From: Xylographa opegraphella
Lineage: Eukaryota
Assembly (NCBI GenBank): GCA_022813865.1
Contig: JALDZX010000036.1
Span: 124,001 to 188,000 of the forward strand
Direction: 5' to 3'
Length of the DNA stretch: 64,000 bases
The translations under genes were made by a program, and so were the position numbers. Positions within the stretch are counted from its first letter, which is position 1; every line of letters starts with the position of its first letter. The notes below the pieces were generated by a model that worked only from the letters and a program-made list of their open reading frames with translations, did no database searches and was not told the DNA's origin. Below, piece by piece: positions 61,601 to 64,000 of this stretch.

Positions 61601-62629
61601 GCAGTTCCCATAATTCACGACTCACGAACAAGTCCGGGGGGAACCGAAGTCCCGCACTTTCCGTACCAGCGCCCTTAATTTCTGGCTCCATACCATTTGG
61701 ATCAAGCGACTGAGCCGGAAGTGCCAATTCATTTGCTGTTTTTTGTCTTCATTCGTGCGATTTCTTAGCATGATCCACGTCCCCACCCCCCTCCAGTTGT
61801 CCTCGTCGTAGTGGCGTTTTGCTTCGAATGTGGAGGTCGGGATGTCCCAGCTGGTCAAAGTCGGATCTGCGTAAGTATGAAGAGCTTCTGCAAGCTGATG
61901 ATGGGTGCTGCCGCTTGCATGTACCTTCGTACGTCGTGGTGGTGTGCCAGAAACGCGTCTATGGATATGCTCGAATTTGAGGACATCCGAGGCTGCTCCT
62001 CTGTGCCGTGCTGAGTTTGCCGACGAATGCATGGAAACAGGCCTACTCTCACGGGAGCGCGCCAGTGTTGGATCCTGGCGAAGGTCAAAGCAGGGCGGTA
62101 GATTTTCTGATTCGCCGGAATGAGTCAAGGTAAACCGCTCCGTCCGGTACCTGTCGTCAAACAGAGTTTATCCTGTCCTGCGATTCAGCGCCATTTCCCC
62201 TGGTTCAGGAATTAGTTAGAGCTTGGCTCACTATGGTAGTTGCAAGTCAAACGTTATACGTCAATAAGATTGAGCTGATCGACGGCCACCTGGGTACGAG
62301 CCGAGCGCTGTACATAAGAGCTCGAATGTCCTCATGACACGCGAGTATGCTGAAGCTCGTCGTCGTTGTTGTCCGCGAATGGTTTTTGAGTTAATCTGTG
62401 TGCCCTAACTAGCGATATTTGTTCCTGGGGTGGTCGAGAAACATTGCCTGACCCCACACCATATCACAAACCGTCAATCGCTACCTTCCCCTTCCACCTT
62501 AACACGATAACTCAGAGTGTTCTGCGTGTCTACCCATCCAAGACTAATCCTACTTAGAATCTCTCACATTCCTTGCAAAGCATTAGACCTCTATTTCTGC
62601 TGCTTACATAGAGAGGTTACATAGCCAAC

Positions 62630-64000
62630 ATGGTTTATTCAATCACCTACCGTCGACCGGTATACATCGATTCCTCTCGTTCGTCTTTCAATGGAAACGA
62701 GAAGCCTGGTTCTATTGGTGGCTCTATCGGCTCAGGAAGTACGACGGTTGCTGCTGGTATTCCTGATGCCTTGTCATTTGACCGTGTTATTTCTGGTGGT
62801 ACTTGCCCAGTACGTACAGGCCTTCATTTCTCTAGCACGAGTCGTCATACCCAAATCTCGGTCCTCTCCACAAGACCTTGAGCATGTGCGTCTGTTTTAT
62901 GCTTCTACCAGAGTATCTTATATGTCCTTTGTCCATGTGCATACGGAGAAATACTGACTTTGCTTGTAGCCCTGCACTACGCGAGACTTCATGAACTATC
63001 TCATCTACATTGAACGTTCTGCCGAAAACCTTCAGTTCTTCCTCTGGTATAGGGACTACTGCCAACGATTTGCCCAACTTCCAGCTAGTGAACGAGCCTT
63101 GTCTCCCGAATGGACCGTCGAGAAGGCCGAAGCTGATGCCTACGCCGCAACTACTACCGCAGGTAACAAGAAGATGAGCCCAGAGGTTACAGAGATCTTG
63201 AAAGGCACAGACTTTGCTCAAACAAAAGCAACTATTTCCGAGTTCAACCACGCTCCAAATCCATTTCATACACCTCCACAAACACCGGATGACCGCAGTG
63301 GCGTGATTTCCTCCGAATCAGGCTGGGGCAATGATGCGTCCACACTACAAGGCTCTCGAAAGACAAATTTCGTCGAGCAAGCTAACGTCGCATATGAAGC
63401 TGCTGATGTGAGGCTCCAGCCATGTAAGTTACATAAATGTCTCGAGCTCAGGCGGGCGCTGATCTGAAGGTGCCTAGTCACCATTCAACCATTTCGCGAG
63501 GAGGTCACACGTATCATTGCAGCTTACATCTCGGAGGATGGAACCCGCCAGCTAAATTTAGCTTCGAAGGAACGAGCTGCTTTGCTACGTGCTTTGGCTT
63601 CTACCACTCATCCGTCAGCTTTTCGCCAAGTCATACACACCATCGAGTTCACTCTACGTCATCAAGCCCACCCGAACTTCATTCGCTGGAGCATTTGCAA
63701 TGGCAATCGACCTCGTGTGATATTCGCACGTGGCCTTGGTATTGGTGGTATTGTGGCCGGTATTATCACCGCTCTCTTGATCACGTTGAGTGGAGCGAGC
63801 CGTGGCTGGAGAGCCATTTCCGCAATAGGCTTCATGATCGGCATCGCAACACTAATCGCTGCGTGGAAGGGCATGTGTGTGGTAAGCAAACTTGACGACT
63901 TGATGCTATGCAGGACAGCCACTGATATGTAACGCATAGGTTCTACATGGCATGCATCATCGTCATCTTCGTCCTTGGGAGCTTTTCGCGGATGAAGACG
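62630..64000 (+). CDS. RGS-domain membrane protein (partial; continues past window end)
   Basis: GIPDALSFDRVISGGTCP|PCTTRDFMNYLIYIERSAENLQFFLWYRDY; QPFREEVTRIIAAYI..RQLNL; QAHPNFIRWSICNGN followed by TM helices. Confidence 0.85.

Overview
Eukaryotic, intron-rich DNA from a filamentous ascomycete (Pezizomycotina). Introns are about 45-100 bp GT-AG with CTRAC/CTAAT branch sites, and there is one 99-N assembly gap. Most of the window is conserved core genes: PTH11-like membrane protein, cytochrome P450, tRNA-Thr(TGT), TMEM14, Spd1/Dif1-like RNR inhibitor, BNI4, MIS12/MTW1, sulfite oxidase, SWC5, Gig30-type elongase, HSP20, DHA1 MFS transporter, ATP12, PAN3, UBX, BTB, GAT and an RGS-domain protein. 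The main candidate novelty is a head-to-head gene pair at 8.6-15.3 kb. One gene is a HeLo-like + pseudokinase-like (MLKL-type layout) protein. The other is a seven-exon ~1385-aa mosaic of zinc fingers, a P-loop-dead NB-ARC fragment, a transcription-factor-like C2H2 triplet and a Cti6-like PHD finger. This resembles a sensor/executioner immune pair with integrated decoys, which is inference only. Other points of interest are a likely alternative PAM2-bearing coding exon inside a 584-bp PAN3 intron, a LEA-like repeat tail on the elongase, and a tandem duplication of the MIS12 C-terminus including its stop codon. All family calls come from motif recognition by eye and exon models were built by hand; no searches were run.
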